Assembly (NCBI GenBank): GCA_965205485.1
Contig: OZ242180.1
Coordinates: 2,304,001 to 2,368,000 of the forward strand
Length of the DNA: 64,000 nucleotides
DNA from: Candidatus Latescibacterota bacterium
GTDB taxonomy: Bacteria > Latescibacterota > UBA2968 > GCA-2709665
Direction: 5' to 3'
Shown: positions 49,020 through 58,176 of the stretch, in pieces
Layout of the letters: each line of letters begins with the position of its first letter
Numbering within the stretch: position 1 is the first letter of the stretch
Made by a program: the position numbers and the translations under genes
The notes under the pieces: model-generated
What the model was told of the DNA's origin: nothing
Databases searched by the model: none
Seen by the model: only the letters and a program-made list of their open reading frames with translations

Positions 49020-49892
49020 ATGAAAAAACTCAGAGGCATCTGCGCGGCTTTATGCACGCCGTTTACAGATGACGGCGAACGGGTCGACGAAACCGCGCTG
49101 AGGAATCATATCGACTCCATGCTCGAAGCGGGTGTCCACAGCATCCTCATCAACGGCGGCACGGGTGAGTTCGCCTGTCTGCGACCGGATGAACGCAGAC
49201 GGCTTTCCGAACTCGCTGCCGGGCACATCGACGGCAGGGCCGACTTTGTCGCCATGGCCTCCGCGGTGAGTACGTCTGAGACGATTGAATACGCCCGGCA
49301 CGCGGAGGGCGTGGGCGCCGACTGCCTGCTCGTGCTGCCGCCCTACTTCGAAGGTCCTGACATGGAAGGCGTGTACGACCACTACGCGGAAATCTCCGAT
49401 GCCGTCAGCACGCCCATTATGGTCTACAACATCCCCGTCCACACGGGAATCGATATCACGCCCGCGTTCTTCAAGCGCCTGTTGGAGGTGGAGAACATCC
49501 ATTATATCAAGGACAGCATGGCGGATATTCTGCGAATACAGGAACTCCTGGCTATCGGCGCCGAGGTCTTCAACGGCGGCGACCCCATCGCTTTCTTCAG
49601 CCTGGTTGCAGGATGTCCGGGCTGCGTGTGGGGCGCGGTCAACGCCATGCCCAAGGAAGCCGTCGATCTCTACAATCTGGTGGACGCCGGGCGGCTTTCC
49701 GAGGCCCGCGACCTCTGGCGCCGCATGTTTCCCGCAAACCGTTTCTTCTGGAAGCACGTCTATAACGCTTCCGTCAAGGCTGCCACCAATCTCTCCGGTA
49801 GACCCGTGGGACCGTGCCGCAAACCCGTAAAGCCCCTTACGGAACGCGAAATGGCCGAACTCAAAGAGGCCATGAGACCCCTGCTGACATAA
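49020..49892 (+). CDS. DapA/NAL family aldolase/deaminase
   Basis: TPF, NGGTGEF, PPYF, YNIP, YIKDS (Schiff-base Lys). Confidence 0.9.
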   Translation: MKKLRGICAALCTPFTDDGERVDETALRNHIDSMLEAGVHSILINGGTGEFACLRPDERRRLSELAAGHIDGRADFVAMASAVSTSETIEYARHAEGVGADCLLVLPPYFEGPDMEGVYDHYAEISDAVSTPIMVYNIPVHTGIDITPAFFKRLLEVENIHYIKDSMADILRIQELLAIGAEVFNGGDPIAFFSLVAGCPGCVWGAVNAMPKEAVDLYNLVDAGRLSEARDLWRRMFPANRFFWKHVYNASVKAATNLSGRPVGPCRKPVKPLTEREMAELKEAMRPLLT

Positions 49893-50102
49893 GAAGCTGT
49901 CTTAAAATTCCCAGCGGTCTTCGCGCGGCTGCAAAAGCGCCGGTCGGCGTTGGTCAAACCCACCCGTCCTACGAGATCGAGGCTGCGCTTGCTCGCCTCT
50001 CATAGGCGGATTTTCCCGTCGGCGCTGCGCGCCCCTCGCGCCTCATAACCGCCACTTTTTCGCTCGCGCTCGGGAACTCACCGGTAATTTTAAAACAGCT
50101 TC
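49893..50102. mobile_element. MITE family B (210 bp) with TAA target duplication
   Basis: TIR GAAGCTGTCTTAAAATT / AATTTTAAAACAGCTTC (16/17 match); TAA at 49890-92 and 50103-05. Confidence 0.85.
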
Positions 50103-50182
50103 TAAAAACAGGGCGCATACCAAGGCACCCTGTTTGCTGCGAAAAACACCTGGACTCCGGATATCCTCAACTGGCAGACTCC

Positions 50183-50581
50183 CTAACTGAGATTGATCGT
50201 TCCGCCAGGCGGCGTCGCGCCCGGCAGCCCTCCCGCGCCCGGCACCACAATCCGGGAGGACTCCTGTCGCCGCCTTTCCTTGGCATCCTCCATCATATCC
50301 TCGACGGCTTTCGCGATGGCCTGCGGAAACTTCCGAAGCGCCTCTTCAAGATCCGCGGCTTCGATGTCGCACTGCACGGGGAGCGGGCCGACCTGGGACA
50401 TCAGATTGGTCTGTCCAATGAACCTCTGGCGACGGGTCCCGTCAGGCGATCCATCGGGATTGACCGGCACCAGCCGGCGAATGGACGCCACCTTCAGGTC
50501 CGTATAGTTTTCCTCACGGTACAGGTTGGTCCGATCGACCTGTATATCGCTCAGCTGCTGCTCGTTCCTGTTCACGGACAT
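50183..50581 (-). CDS. Conserved hypothetical cytoplasmic protein
   Basis: NLYREENYTDLKVASIRRLVPV..DGSPD...SRIVVPG; AAGGAG RBS. Confidence 0.75.
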   Translation of the reverse strand: MSVNRNEQQLSDIQVDRTNLYREENYTDLKVASIRRLVPVNPDGSPDGTRRQRFIGQTNLMSQVGPLPVQCDIEAADLEEALRKFPQAIAKAVEDMMEDAKERRRQESSRIVVPGAGGLPGATPPGGTINLS

Positions 50582-50603
50582 TCTCCTTTCAACGTCCAAT
50601 AGG

Positions 50604-50630
50604 TTTTGTGCCTTTTGTGCCTTCTGTGGC
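50604..50630. repeat. Nonamer triplet repeat (inverted copy of 19382-19409)
   Basis: TTTTGTGCC TTTTGTGCC TTCTGTGGC. Confidence 0.7.
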
Positions 50631-50650
50631 TATTGTCCGATTGGCTTGTG

Positions 50651-51310
50651 TTACCTGAATCTCGACGGCCAGAACGCCTCAAGCGCCGCCTCGAACGTCA
50701 TCTCTTCCCTGCGGGTGGGATGCGACAGCGTGAGGGCCCGCGCATGGAGCGCAAGGCTCTTTTCCGGAAATCCGATTCTCGCTCCGTACCGAAGATCGCC
50801 CAGAACGGGATGCCCCCGGTGCGCGAACTGTACCCGGATCTGATGATGCCGCCCTGTTTTCGGCCTGATCTCCACCCACGAGATCCCCTGCTCGAACCGC
50901 AATCGACGGAACCCGAGCACCGCCTCCCGGCCGTTGTCGGAGATCTTACTGGATGGTCCCGCCCGCAACAGCCTGTCCGCCATCCGGCCTTCCCGGGGCG
51001 TTTTCCCTTCCACCAGCGCCCAGTATATCTTTCCGACTCTTTGAGTGCGGAACTGTTCCGACAGTCTTGCCGCCGCCTTGGACGTCCTGGCAAAAACCAC
51101 GACGCCGGACGTCGGCCGGTCCAGCCGATGCACCAGCCCCAAGAACGCGTCGCCAGGCTTGTTGAACGCCGCCTTCACGTACGCCTTGCCATAATCCAGA
51201 AGTGAAATGTTTCCCGTGCGGTCTCCCTGGACAAGCATCCCCGCGGGTTTCCGGACCACCAGCAGATGGTTGTCCATATAAATGACTTCCAGATTCACGG
51301 GGTCTTGCAT
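50651..51310 (-). CDS. RluA family pseudouridine synthase
   Basis: KPAG, VHRLDRPTSG (catalytic Asp), TGRHHQIR, GDLRYG, LHA. Confidence 0.93.
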   Translation of the reverse strand: MQDPVNLEVIYMDNHLLVVRKPAGMLVQGDRTGNISLLDYGKAYVKAAFNKPGDAFLGLVHRLDRPTSGVVVFARTSKAAARLSEQFRTQRVGKIYWALVEGKTPREGRMADRLLRAGPSSKISDNGREAVLGFRRLRFEQGISWVEIRPKTGRHHQIRVQFAHRGHPVLGDLRYGARIGFPEKSLALHARALTLSHPTRREEMTFEAALEAFWPSRFR

Positions 51311-51334
51311 TGGTGTGGCCTTCAGATGTCCGCG

Positions 51335-52702
51335 CTATCTCACCCGGTTCAGCCCGTTGAGCGCCGCCACGCGATAGGCTTCGGCCATCGTGGGATAGTT
51401 AAATGTCGTGTTGATGAAGTACATCAGGGTATTGCCGCCGCCCTTCTGCGACATAATCGCCTGGCCGATGTGGACGATTTCAGATGCCTCGGACCCGAAA
51501 CAGTGGATACCCAGAATCTCCAGCGTCTCCCGATGAAACAGGATTTTCAGCATCCCCGTGGTCCGGCCCGTGATCTGTGCCCGCGCGAGGTGCCTGAATG
51601 ACGCGTGTCCAACCTCGTAAGGAATCCTGTCGGAGGTCAACTCGCGCTCCGTCATCCCCACCGAACTGATTTCGGGCAGCGTGTAGATCCCCGTGGGGAT
51701 GTCCTTGACAAGGTGGTCCTCGCACTCACCGAATATCAGATGGGTGGCCGCGAAACGCCCCTGGTCGTATGCCGCGCTGGCCAGGTTGGGATACCCCACC
51801 ACGTCGCCCACGGCGTAGATGTGGCTCTGCGCCGTCTGGTAGCAGTCGTTTACGCCGACGACGCCCCTGTGGTCCGTCTGAATGCCGATCTCCTCGAGTC
51901 CCATTCCGTCTGAATTCCCGGTCCGCCCCTGCGCCCAGAAAAGACAGTCGCTGAGAATCTCCTTCTGGGACTTGAGGTGGAGGCGTACGCCGTGATCGAC
52001 CGCCTCCACGCTATCGTATTCCTCGTTGTGCCTGATCAGTACGCCCTGTTCACGCAGGTGATAGCTCAGGGCATCCACAATCTCGTCGTCAAGGAACGCC
52101 AGCAGACGGTCGAGACTGTTGATCAGATTCACCTTGATCTGCAAGCCTCTGAAAATGGACGCATACTCGCAACCGACGATCCCCGCCCCGTAAATCGTGA
52201 CGGACCTTGGATGATCCTGGAACGCCAGAATCGAATCGCTGTCCACAATTCGGGGATGCGAAAAATCCACGTCCGGCGGGTGGTACGGCCTTGCGCCGGT
52301 GGCAATGACGAATCCGTCCGCACGATAACTCCGCACGCCTCCGTTCTGCATCCGGACCTGAATCCCGTGGCTGTCCTCGAACGCGGCGCGGCCGTGGATG
52401 ACCTCCACGAAATTCCTGGCGTAGAACCCTTCTCGCAGGTCGACCTGCTGGCGGATCACGCCTTCGGCTGCCCGCAGAAGATCGGGAAACCGGGAATCGC
52501 CGTACCTGCCAGTATCGACGAGATTCTGGATGGCGTGACGGAGCGCTTTGCTCGGAATTGTGGTCTGGTGGGTACAGCTTCCGCCCACCGAGGCCCGGTC
52601 ATCCACCATGGCGACCCGCTTCCCCTCCTTGGTCGCCTTCATCGCCGCCCCCTCACCACCCGGTCCGCTGCCGATTACGATCACGTCGAAGTGGTTTTCC
52701 AT
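51335..52702 (-). CDS. sthA: Soluble pyridine nucleotide transhydrogenase
   Basis: [27 protein letters not shown] (single Cys), [26 protein letters not shown]. Confidence 0.93.
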   Translation of the reverse strand: MENHFDVIVIGSGPGGEGAAMKATKEGKRVAMVDDRASVGGSCTHQTTIPSKALRHAIQNLVDTGRYGDSRFPDLLRAAEGVIRQQVDLREGFYARNFVEVIHGRAAFEDSHGIQVRMQNGGVRSYRADGFVIATGARPYHPPDVDFSHPRIVDSDSILAFQDHPRSVTIYGAGIVGCEYASIFRGLQIKVNLINSLDRLLAFLDDEIVDALSYHLREQGVLIRHNEEYDSVEAVDHGVRLHLKSQKEILSDCLFWAQGRTGNSDGMGLEEIGIQTDHRGVVGVNDCYQTAQSHIYAVGDVVGYPNLASAAYDQGRFAATHLIFGECEDHLVKDIPTGIYTLPEISSVGMTERELTSDRIPYEVGHASFRHLARAQITGRTTGMLKILFHRETLEILGIHCFGSEASEIVHIGQAIMSQKGGGNTLMYFINTTFNYPTMAEAYRVAALNGLNRVR

Positions 52703-52724
52703 AGGCGCGAGTCTGTTTGTGGTT

Positions 52725-52755
52725 AAAAAAAGGCGCCGATTCTTGAATCGACGCC
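52725..52755 (-). terminator. Intrinsic terminator of the cold-shock gene
   Basis: Minus strand GGCGTCGATTC-AA-GAATCGGCGCC followed by a T run. Confidence 0.8.
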
Positions 52756-52810
52756 CTCCGGTTGGATCTGTTGAGGATTTACAAGGAAAAAAACGAACCG
52801 CGGCTACAGG

Positions 52811-53020
52811 TCAGACCTGACCTATCTTGACAACGTCCGCGGCCTGGTAACCCTTGGGCCCCTGCACGACTTCAAAGGAAACCACTTCACCTTCCGTCAA
52901 CGACTTGAATCCCTCACCCTGAATAGCCGAAAAATGCACAAAGACATCTTCGCCTTCATCCCTCTCAATAAAGCCGTAACCTTTGGCGTCGTTGAACCAC
53001 TTCACGCGACCTTCTGGCAC
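52811..53020 (-). CDS. cspA: Cold-shock protein
   Basis: [24 protein letters not shown] (RNP1/RNP2). Confidence 0.95.
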   Translation of the reverse strand: MPEGRVKWFNDAKGYGFIERDEGEDVFVHFSAIQGEGFKSLTEGEVVSFEVVQGPKGYQAADVVKIGQV

Positions 53021-53150
53021 AGTGCTTCACCACCTTTCAACGTTAGAAACCGACAAAAAACCAAAAACGGCAAGGACCGGGACTTCTGATCCTTGCCAGA
53101 CAAACTTCAGGACTGCAAAGGAGACAGAAACTTCATCCTTCTTCAGATGC

Positions 53151-53179
53151 ATAATAATTCATTTTTGTTCAATTGTCAA
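53151..53179 (-). promoter_or_regulatory. sigma70 promoter of csp gene, implying a ~125-nt 5' UTR
   Basis: Minus strand TTGACA-17 nt-TATTAT. Confidence 0.8.
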
Positions 53180-53386
53180 CCTTTTTTGAATCATTTTTCC
53201 GTACGAGTTTTTGATTCCGGGAAGGGAAAGCCCGTATGTGTCGTCCGGTTATGCGCCGCGCTTCGAAGAATCCATTCAGATTATTTATTTTCAACAAGAT
53301 ATGACTCATCGCTTCGAGATTTCTGTATCGGAATCCAGACCGGACACGGCCGGCTGTCCCGTATTCGCGGATATCGTCCTTTTCCC

Positions 53387-53513
53387 TTGACAGGCGCGCG
53401 GGCCTTCTCCATTTTGGTTTTTTCGAGCGGTGGAGGTGTTTCGGCCCGGGTACACGCGGACTTTCAGGACGCCGCAGATGTCCGTTAATTCACCCCATCG
53501 GGAAGCCCGCTCG
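53387..53513 (+). promoter_or_regulatory. Possible promoter plus structured leader upstream of the heparinase-like gene
   Basis: TTGACA-17 nt-CATTTT followed by nested stems CGAGCGG/CCGCTCG, GGTG/CACC, CGGAC/GTCCG. Confidence 0.4.
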
Positions 53514-53571
53514 TCGGGTCCCCGCGAACAGGGCGGGATCCGCGCAAGGTCATTCCTGAAATGGAGGTCCC

Positions 53572-56500
53572 ATGCCGGCCTGGAACAGCAGCGAAGAGCA
53601 GGAATGCAGGCGTCGCCTCGAAGAAACGAAGGTGATCTGGTGTCGGAGCGCCGGAGAGGTTGAACACCCGTGCCTGACGGTAAAGGACGACAACCTCGAT
53701 ATCGCCCGCGAGAACTTGCGCCGCCACGATTGGGCAAAAGAGCATTACGAGGAACTGCTGAAACTGGGTGCATACTATACGGATCGCTCCGATGCCTGGA
53801 TCGCCAGGATGGTCCCCGATCAGAGTCCCGCACAGATCTACGGGACATTCTGTCCGGTCTGCGCCGCGGACAACACCTATAACATGCGATGGATCGACCG
53901 CGACCCCGACAAACTGGTCTGTTTCCACTGCGGCGCCATCATGACCGACGAGGCCCATCCCGAAGAGGGGCGCCTCGAACTGCCGCGCTCCGGCCAGACC
54001 CTCACCTATTACATTCGTCCGGAAGAAAAAAACGACCCGGAATTCACCACCGGCCGAAACGCATTCAGTTGGGCGGGGCGCCGGGTCCACTCTTCGTACA
54101 GCGGCGCCATCCGGCAGCAGAAAGCCCATCGCATGCCCGCGGTCGCGCGCAATCTGGCCATCCTGTATCGCATGGAAGGCGAGGATCGATATGCCCGTGC
54201 CGCGGCGGCCATCCTGAAACGCTTTGCCGCCGTATACCCCACCTATCTCTTCCGCGACTATTGGAACACCTACATGGACTGCGATCCGCTCTACGCCTGC
54301 GAACTGATGGCGCAGGACAGAGGAATCGCCAGGTACGAAGTCAACCCGTGTCCGGACCAGAACGCCCGATCCCCGATGAAGAGTGGAAGACTCATACAGA
54401 CGTTCTGGGGCTGCGGACGCCTGTCGGGCGGCGGCGTTCAGGCCGAAGCGCATTACATCTGCATGCTGGCCGAAGCCCTGGATCTGCTCTGGGACGAAAA
54501 GGACGCCGACGGACGTTTCCATCTGGCTGAAAAGGAACGCGACCGCGTCGTCAAAGACCTGCTCGTGGAGGGTCTCTTCACGTTCACGCACTGGGAGGGC
54601 ATCAACAACAAAGTGGCGGGCTGCCGCGAGGGCGAAGTCGCCCTCGGGCGCTTCCTGGGCGTGCCGGAGTACGTGCACCGGGGAGTCGAGGGTTTTGAAC
54701 CGTACCTGAAGGGGTTCTTCAAATTCGACGGCAGCACCGCCGAGGGCTCCAGCTATTACCTCTACGCGGTTTCCAACGTGCGAAATCTGCCCGAACTCGC
54801 CCACGGGTATTCCGATCCGCCGTCGTATCGCGACGAGGACCGTTATGACAACCTCGACCTCTACGAGCCGGGCGGCCCGTACCACACCGTCCTTCGCGCA
54901 CGGACCCTGATGACGCTGCCCGACGGCCGACTGCCCCACACCGCCGACGCGCGCGAAGGACCGTCCGACTGGCCCTATCCCGCCTGGATTCACAACGTGG
55001 GTCTCGTACGTATGGGACAGGATTTCGCCCCGTTCGTGCGATTGGACACCGGGGACGCGTTCACCCTCTTCAACCGGCCCGCGGAACTCGAATGCGCGCC
55101 GCCGCCGCGCGTGCGGGACCGGTTCTTCCCGGGATGGCTGCTGGCAATCTTCAATACGGGCTACAGCGGCATGTTCCGGACCGATCTCACGGGTTCGGCC
55201 ACCTTCCTGATGAACTTCTATCAGCCGGAGGGCCACGACCACCCGGACGCCCTCAACATCGCCATGAACGTGGAGGGGGTGGAGGTCCTTTCCGACCTGG
55301 GATACATCGGCGACCATCCGCTCAACGCGAGCATCCGGAGCACGCTCAAACACAACCTGGTGGTTCTGGACGAAGCGAACCAGCTCCCCCGGGACCGGAG
55401 ACCTCCGGGAAACCTGCGCTTGCTTGCGACGTCGCCCGCCACGAAGATCATCGAAGCGGACTGCAGGGCGTACGAACAGGCTGAAACGTACAGACGCTCT
55501 TGCGCGATGATCCGCAGGAGTTCGGGACCCGCGTATCTGGTCGACGTCTTTCGCGTCCGGGGCGGCAGGGTCCACGACTACGCCGTCCATGGGGAAGGGA
55601 GAATCAGCGCGCCGCCCGCCCAGGACCGGCCGATCCCAATGAAGGAACGTCCGGGCGTGCTCGGCGAAGATATCGAGCGGCTCCGCTCGGGAGAAACCTC
55701 GGACCGGTGGAGCGCATCCTGGACCGATGAAGGGATGACCATGCGGGTACACATGGTATCGCCCGTGGACGAGATTATCGTGGGTGAAGGACCAGGGCAG
55801 CGGAGTCATTCTGAAATCGGTGCGCGCAACGACTATCTCTTCGCCCGCAAAGCCGAATCCGGGAACGGAAACACATTTGTCGCCGTCATCGACCATTACC
55901 GGGAAGACCCGGATATCCGCGACGTTCAACCGCTTTGTCTACCCGACGACGCTGGCGGACCCATGGCGCTTCGCGTCGGCCGCCGGACGGGCGGCGACAC
56001 CGTCATCCTGACTCCGGATCAGAACGAACGTGCGTTCGGTGACATCTCCTTCGCCGGTCGAGCCGCCGTGTACACGCGGCGCCGGGACGCCCGGCAGTCG
56101 CTCTTTCTGACCCAATCGACCCGCTTCGCCTCGCCCGACCTGACCGTCGCCCTCGAAGTCGCCTCGTTCGGCGGTGATATCGCAGATCATGACCGCGAGG
56201 GATTCCGGACCCGCGAAACCCTCCTGTTTCCGGACGCACTCGTGGATCATTTCGTCCGGGTGCAGGACCCCGATCAGGGCTGCTGGACGTCGTACCGCAT
56301 CGGCTCCGCGGCCGCCAACCGGATCGACGTGGACGAATTCCCCTTCAACGCCGGCACGACCTGGCAGATTCCCTCGCTGTTCTCAATCGAACAGGCTTCG
56401 GCGGACACCTTTCAGGTCAGAACTACAACCCCCGCCCGGCTCTCGATCCGGACACCGCACCGCCGCGCCTTCATCGAACACGAAGAAGGCCCGCGGACCG

Positions 56501-56592
56501 AACTCGAAACGGACAAAGCAGCCGGCATGCTGTCCCTCACCATCGACCCCGCCACGACCCGACCTCACGGAACTCTGCTGCGTCTGGTATAG
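53572..56592 (+). CDS. Heparinase II/III-like polysaccharide lyase-fold protein
   Basis: DGSTAEGSSYY, GHDHPDALNI, LSDLGY, STLKHNLVVLD, YLVDVFRVRGG; GGAGG RBS; no signal peptide. Confidence 0.8.
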   Translation: MPAWNSSEEQECRRRLEETKVIWCRSAGEVEHPCLTVKDDNLDIARENLRRHDWAKEHYEELLKLGAYYTDRSDAWIARMVPDQSPAQIYGTFCPVCAADNTYNMRWIDRDPDKLVCFHCGAIMTDEAHPEEGRLELPRSGQTLTYYIRPEEKNDPEFTTGRNAFSWAGRRVHSSYSGAIRQQKAHRMPAVARNLAILYRMEGEDRYARAAAAILKRFAAVYPTYLFRDYWNTYMDCDPLYACELMAQDRGIARYEVNPCPDQNARSPMKSGRLIQTFWGCGRLSGGGVQAEAHYICMLAEALDLLWDEKDADGRFHLAEKERDRVVKDLLVEGLFTFTHWEGINNKVAGCREGEVALGRFLGVPEYVHRGVEGFEPYLKGFFKFDGSTAEGSSYYLYAVSNVRNLPELAHGYSDPPSYRDEDRYDNLDLYEPGGPYHTVLRARTLMTLPDGRLPHTADAREGPSDWPYPAWIHNVGLVRMGQDFAPFVRLDTGDAFTLFNRPAELECAPPPRVRDRFFPGWLLAIFNTGYSGMFRTDLTGSATFLMNFYQPEGHDHPDALNIAMNVEGVEVLSDLGYIGDHPLNASIRSTLKHNLVVLDEANQLPRDRRPPGNLRLLATSPATKIIEADCRAYEQAETYRRSCAMIRRSSGPAYLVDVFRVRGGRVHDYAVHGEGRISAPPAQDRPIPMKERPGVLGEDIERLRSGETSDRWSASWTDEGMTMRVHMVSPVDEIIVGEGPGQRSHSEIGARNDYLFARKAESGNGNTFVAVIDHYREDPDIRDVQPLCLPDDAGGPMALRVGRRTGGDTVILTPDQNERAFGDISFAGRAAVYTRRRDARQSLFLTQSTRFASPDLTVALEVASFGGDIADHDREGFRTRETLLFPDALVDHFVRVQDPDQGCWTSYRIGSAAANRIDVDEFPFNAGTTWQIPSLFSIEQASADTFQVRTTTPARLSIRTPHRRAFIEHEEGPRTELETDKAAGMLSLTIDPATTRPHGTLLRLV

Positions 56593-56944
56593 CGTCAGCG
56601 GAAAACCTATACTTTGCCTGTGGCGATCAGTGTCACACGATCGCATCGCAAACGCCGGTGCGTCGCTGCGGTTAAGTCTGTCGCTTCCCTGTTTGGAAAC
56701 CTTCAGACCGCATGCACGGTTCGTGAGGGTCGTTTTCAGATTCCCATGACGTGACATTGGACGATTCCCGGCGATACGTCTTCGCACTGGGGGACGGATC
56801 GCAGTTGCACGTCGATCCGTCCCTTCGCATTTGACCCCGGCAAGCGTGTTTGCCGGCGATTTCGTTCAACCTGCCTGAAAACGCATGGTCCGCGCCACGG
56901 ATCCTTTCGTCAGGGCGCAGGGGACCTCTTGAACCCGGGGTTCC

Positions 56945-57437
56945 GTGGATGTCGATGCCTGCGCCGTTCGTGGTGTCGGTGCGGGACCAGAACGGGGACC
57001 CGTTCCCGGGCATGCCCGTGATCTTCAACGTCACAGGTGGCGGCGGCACGTTGTCTGCGACGGCGGCCAGGACCGATACGAGCGGGAACGCGTCCACGAC
57101 GCTCACGCTGGGTCCCGCGGCGGGGATGAACACCGTGACGGCGCGTGCGGCGGGCCTTTCGCTGGCGGTGTTTAGCGCCACGGCTTGGGGCAGCCCGGAC
57201 GTGAACGCCGACGGTACGGTGGATTTCGGGGATTTCGTGCTGTTCGCCCAGGGCTTCGGAACAGGCTGCGGCGAGGAGGGGTATGATGTCCGCTACGACC
57301 TTGACGGCGACGGGGCGATAGGCTTCGGCGACTTCGTCATCTTTGCCGGCGCATTCGGACAAATGCGAATCCCAATTGGACCGTGTGATACAATAGTCAC
57401 GATAAATTCATATATTATACCTACAATAAAGCATTAA
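56945..57437 (+). pseudogene. 5'-truncated remnant: Big_1 Ig-like domain + paired EF-hand/dockerin-like tag
   Basis: PFVVSVRDQNG...GGGGTLS...TDTSGNASTTLTLG, then DVNADGTVDFGDF...YDLDGDGAIGFGDF; no signal peptide or clear RBS. Confidence 0.65.
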
Positions 57438-57449
57438 ATCATAATTAAG

Positions 57450-57478
57450 TTGTGAAAATATCATTTCTATGTTATACT
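57450..57478 (+). promoter_or_regulatory. sigma70 promoter with extended -10 in an AT-rich patch
   Basis: TTGTGA-17 nt-TATACT with TGn immediately upstream of the -10. Confidence 0.7.
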
Positions 57479-57513
57479 ATGAACTTTAATATCATATAAA
57501 CGCAAACATGTTG

Positions 57514-57889
57514 GTCCGGCATCGTCTGACGATTTGAGGCGACGGCACAAGAAATTCTGTGGGGTCTTCCAGGTTCAGCGACGCGTTCGACACGTGATCC
57601 ACAACTCTGACGATAGTGAAAGCCGCGCGCCGGGTCTGGATTCGTTCCATTCCGGGAAGCTCGAATTCGGCCTCAGGACGAGTGGCGACGGAAATGGATT
57701 GGCATTTCAATGCACGGGACGGGAGCGGTCCAACAGCAGCCTGGCATGTGGGCGTCAGCCGCCTTAAGGGCAACGACGTGCCGACAGAGGTGGCAACCGG
57801 GATGCCGGCCTTGCCCTGCCGCTCCCAAACGTACCCCGGTGGCTTCTGATGGCCCGCTTCGCCGCTCTCGGATTGAACGATGCGTCGAC
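57514..57889 (+). ncRNA. Candidate large structured RNA of unknown family
   Basis: Many mutually compatible nested helices found by eye (see findings); G-U pairs favour the plus strand; lies downstream of the promoter. Confidence 0.5.
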
Positions 57890-58176
57890 GTATTACCCGG
57901 CGCGGCGGTACCGGAGCCCAATTAACAACGAAAGGATTTCTGCAATGAGGAAGACGGCTCGTATTGGGAAACGTATCCATCACACGCCGGCTGACGAAGG
58001 ATCTACTGCGGCATGGAATCGACCGCACGCGAATTTTACGTGTCGATACCTGAAGGGCGGCACGTTGGGCACCGCTCCCCTTCCCGTGTCGGGGAGGGGC
58101 CGGTTGAGGGGTCTCGATACCTGGCATCGTCAGCTAAACCCGGGTCTCGTAATTCGGTCTGAAAGAGGATGATGAC

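Noticed and set aside
51335..52702. Missing E3 (lpdA) of the dehydrogenase cluster
   Set aside because: Only one Cys in the redox motif and an SthA-type C-terminus, so it is a transhydrogenase.
53421..53513. SAM-I or ZTP riboswitch, or tRNA-Sec
   Set aside because: Missing AUC-AGAG/GCAACC, GACUGGCG and UCA-anticodon/T-loop signatures; retained only as an unclassified candidate.
53485..55929. 814-aa minus-strand ORF
   Set aside because: Antisense to the heparinase-like CDS, which carries the motifs and RBS.
56593..56840. Short ORF fragments after the heparinase-like gene
   Set aside because: No RBS/start or recognisable motif; cannot be supported.
57526..57621. Two CTGACGA motifs (one followed by TAGT-GAAA) suggesting hammerhead ribozymes
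   Set aside because: The first lacks GAAA after its stem; the second has no stem II and no compatible stem III/NUH site that I could build.
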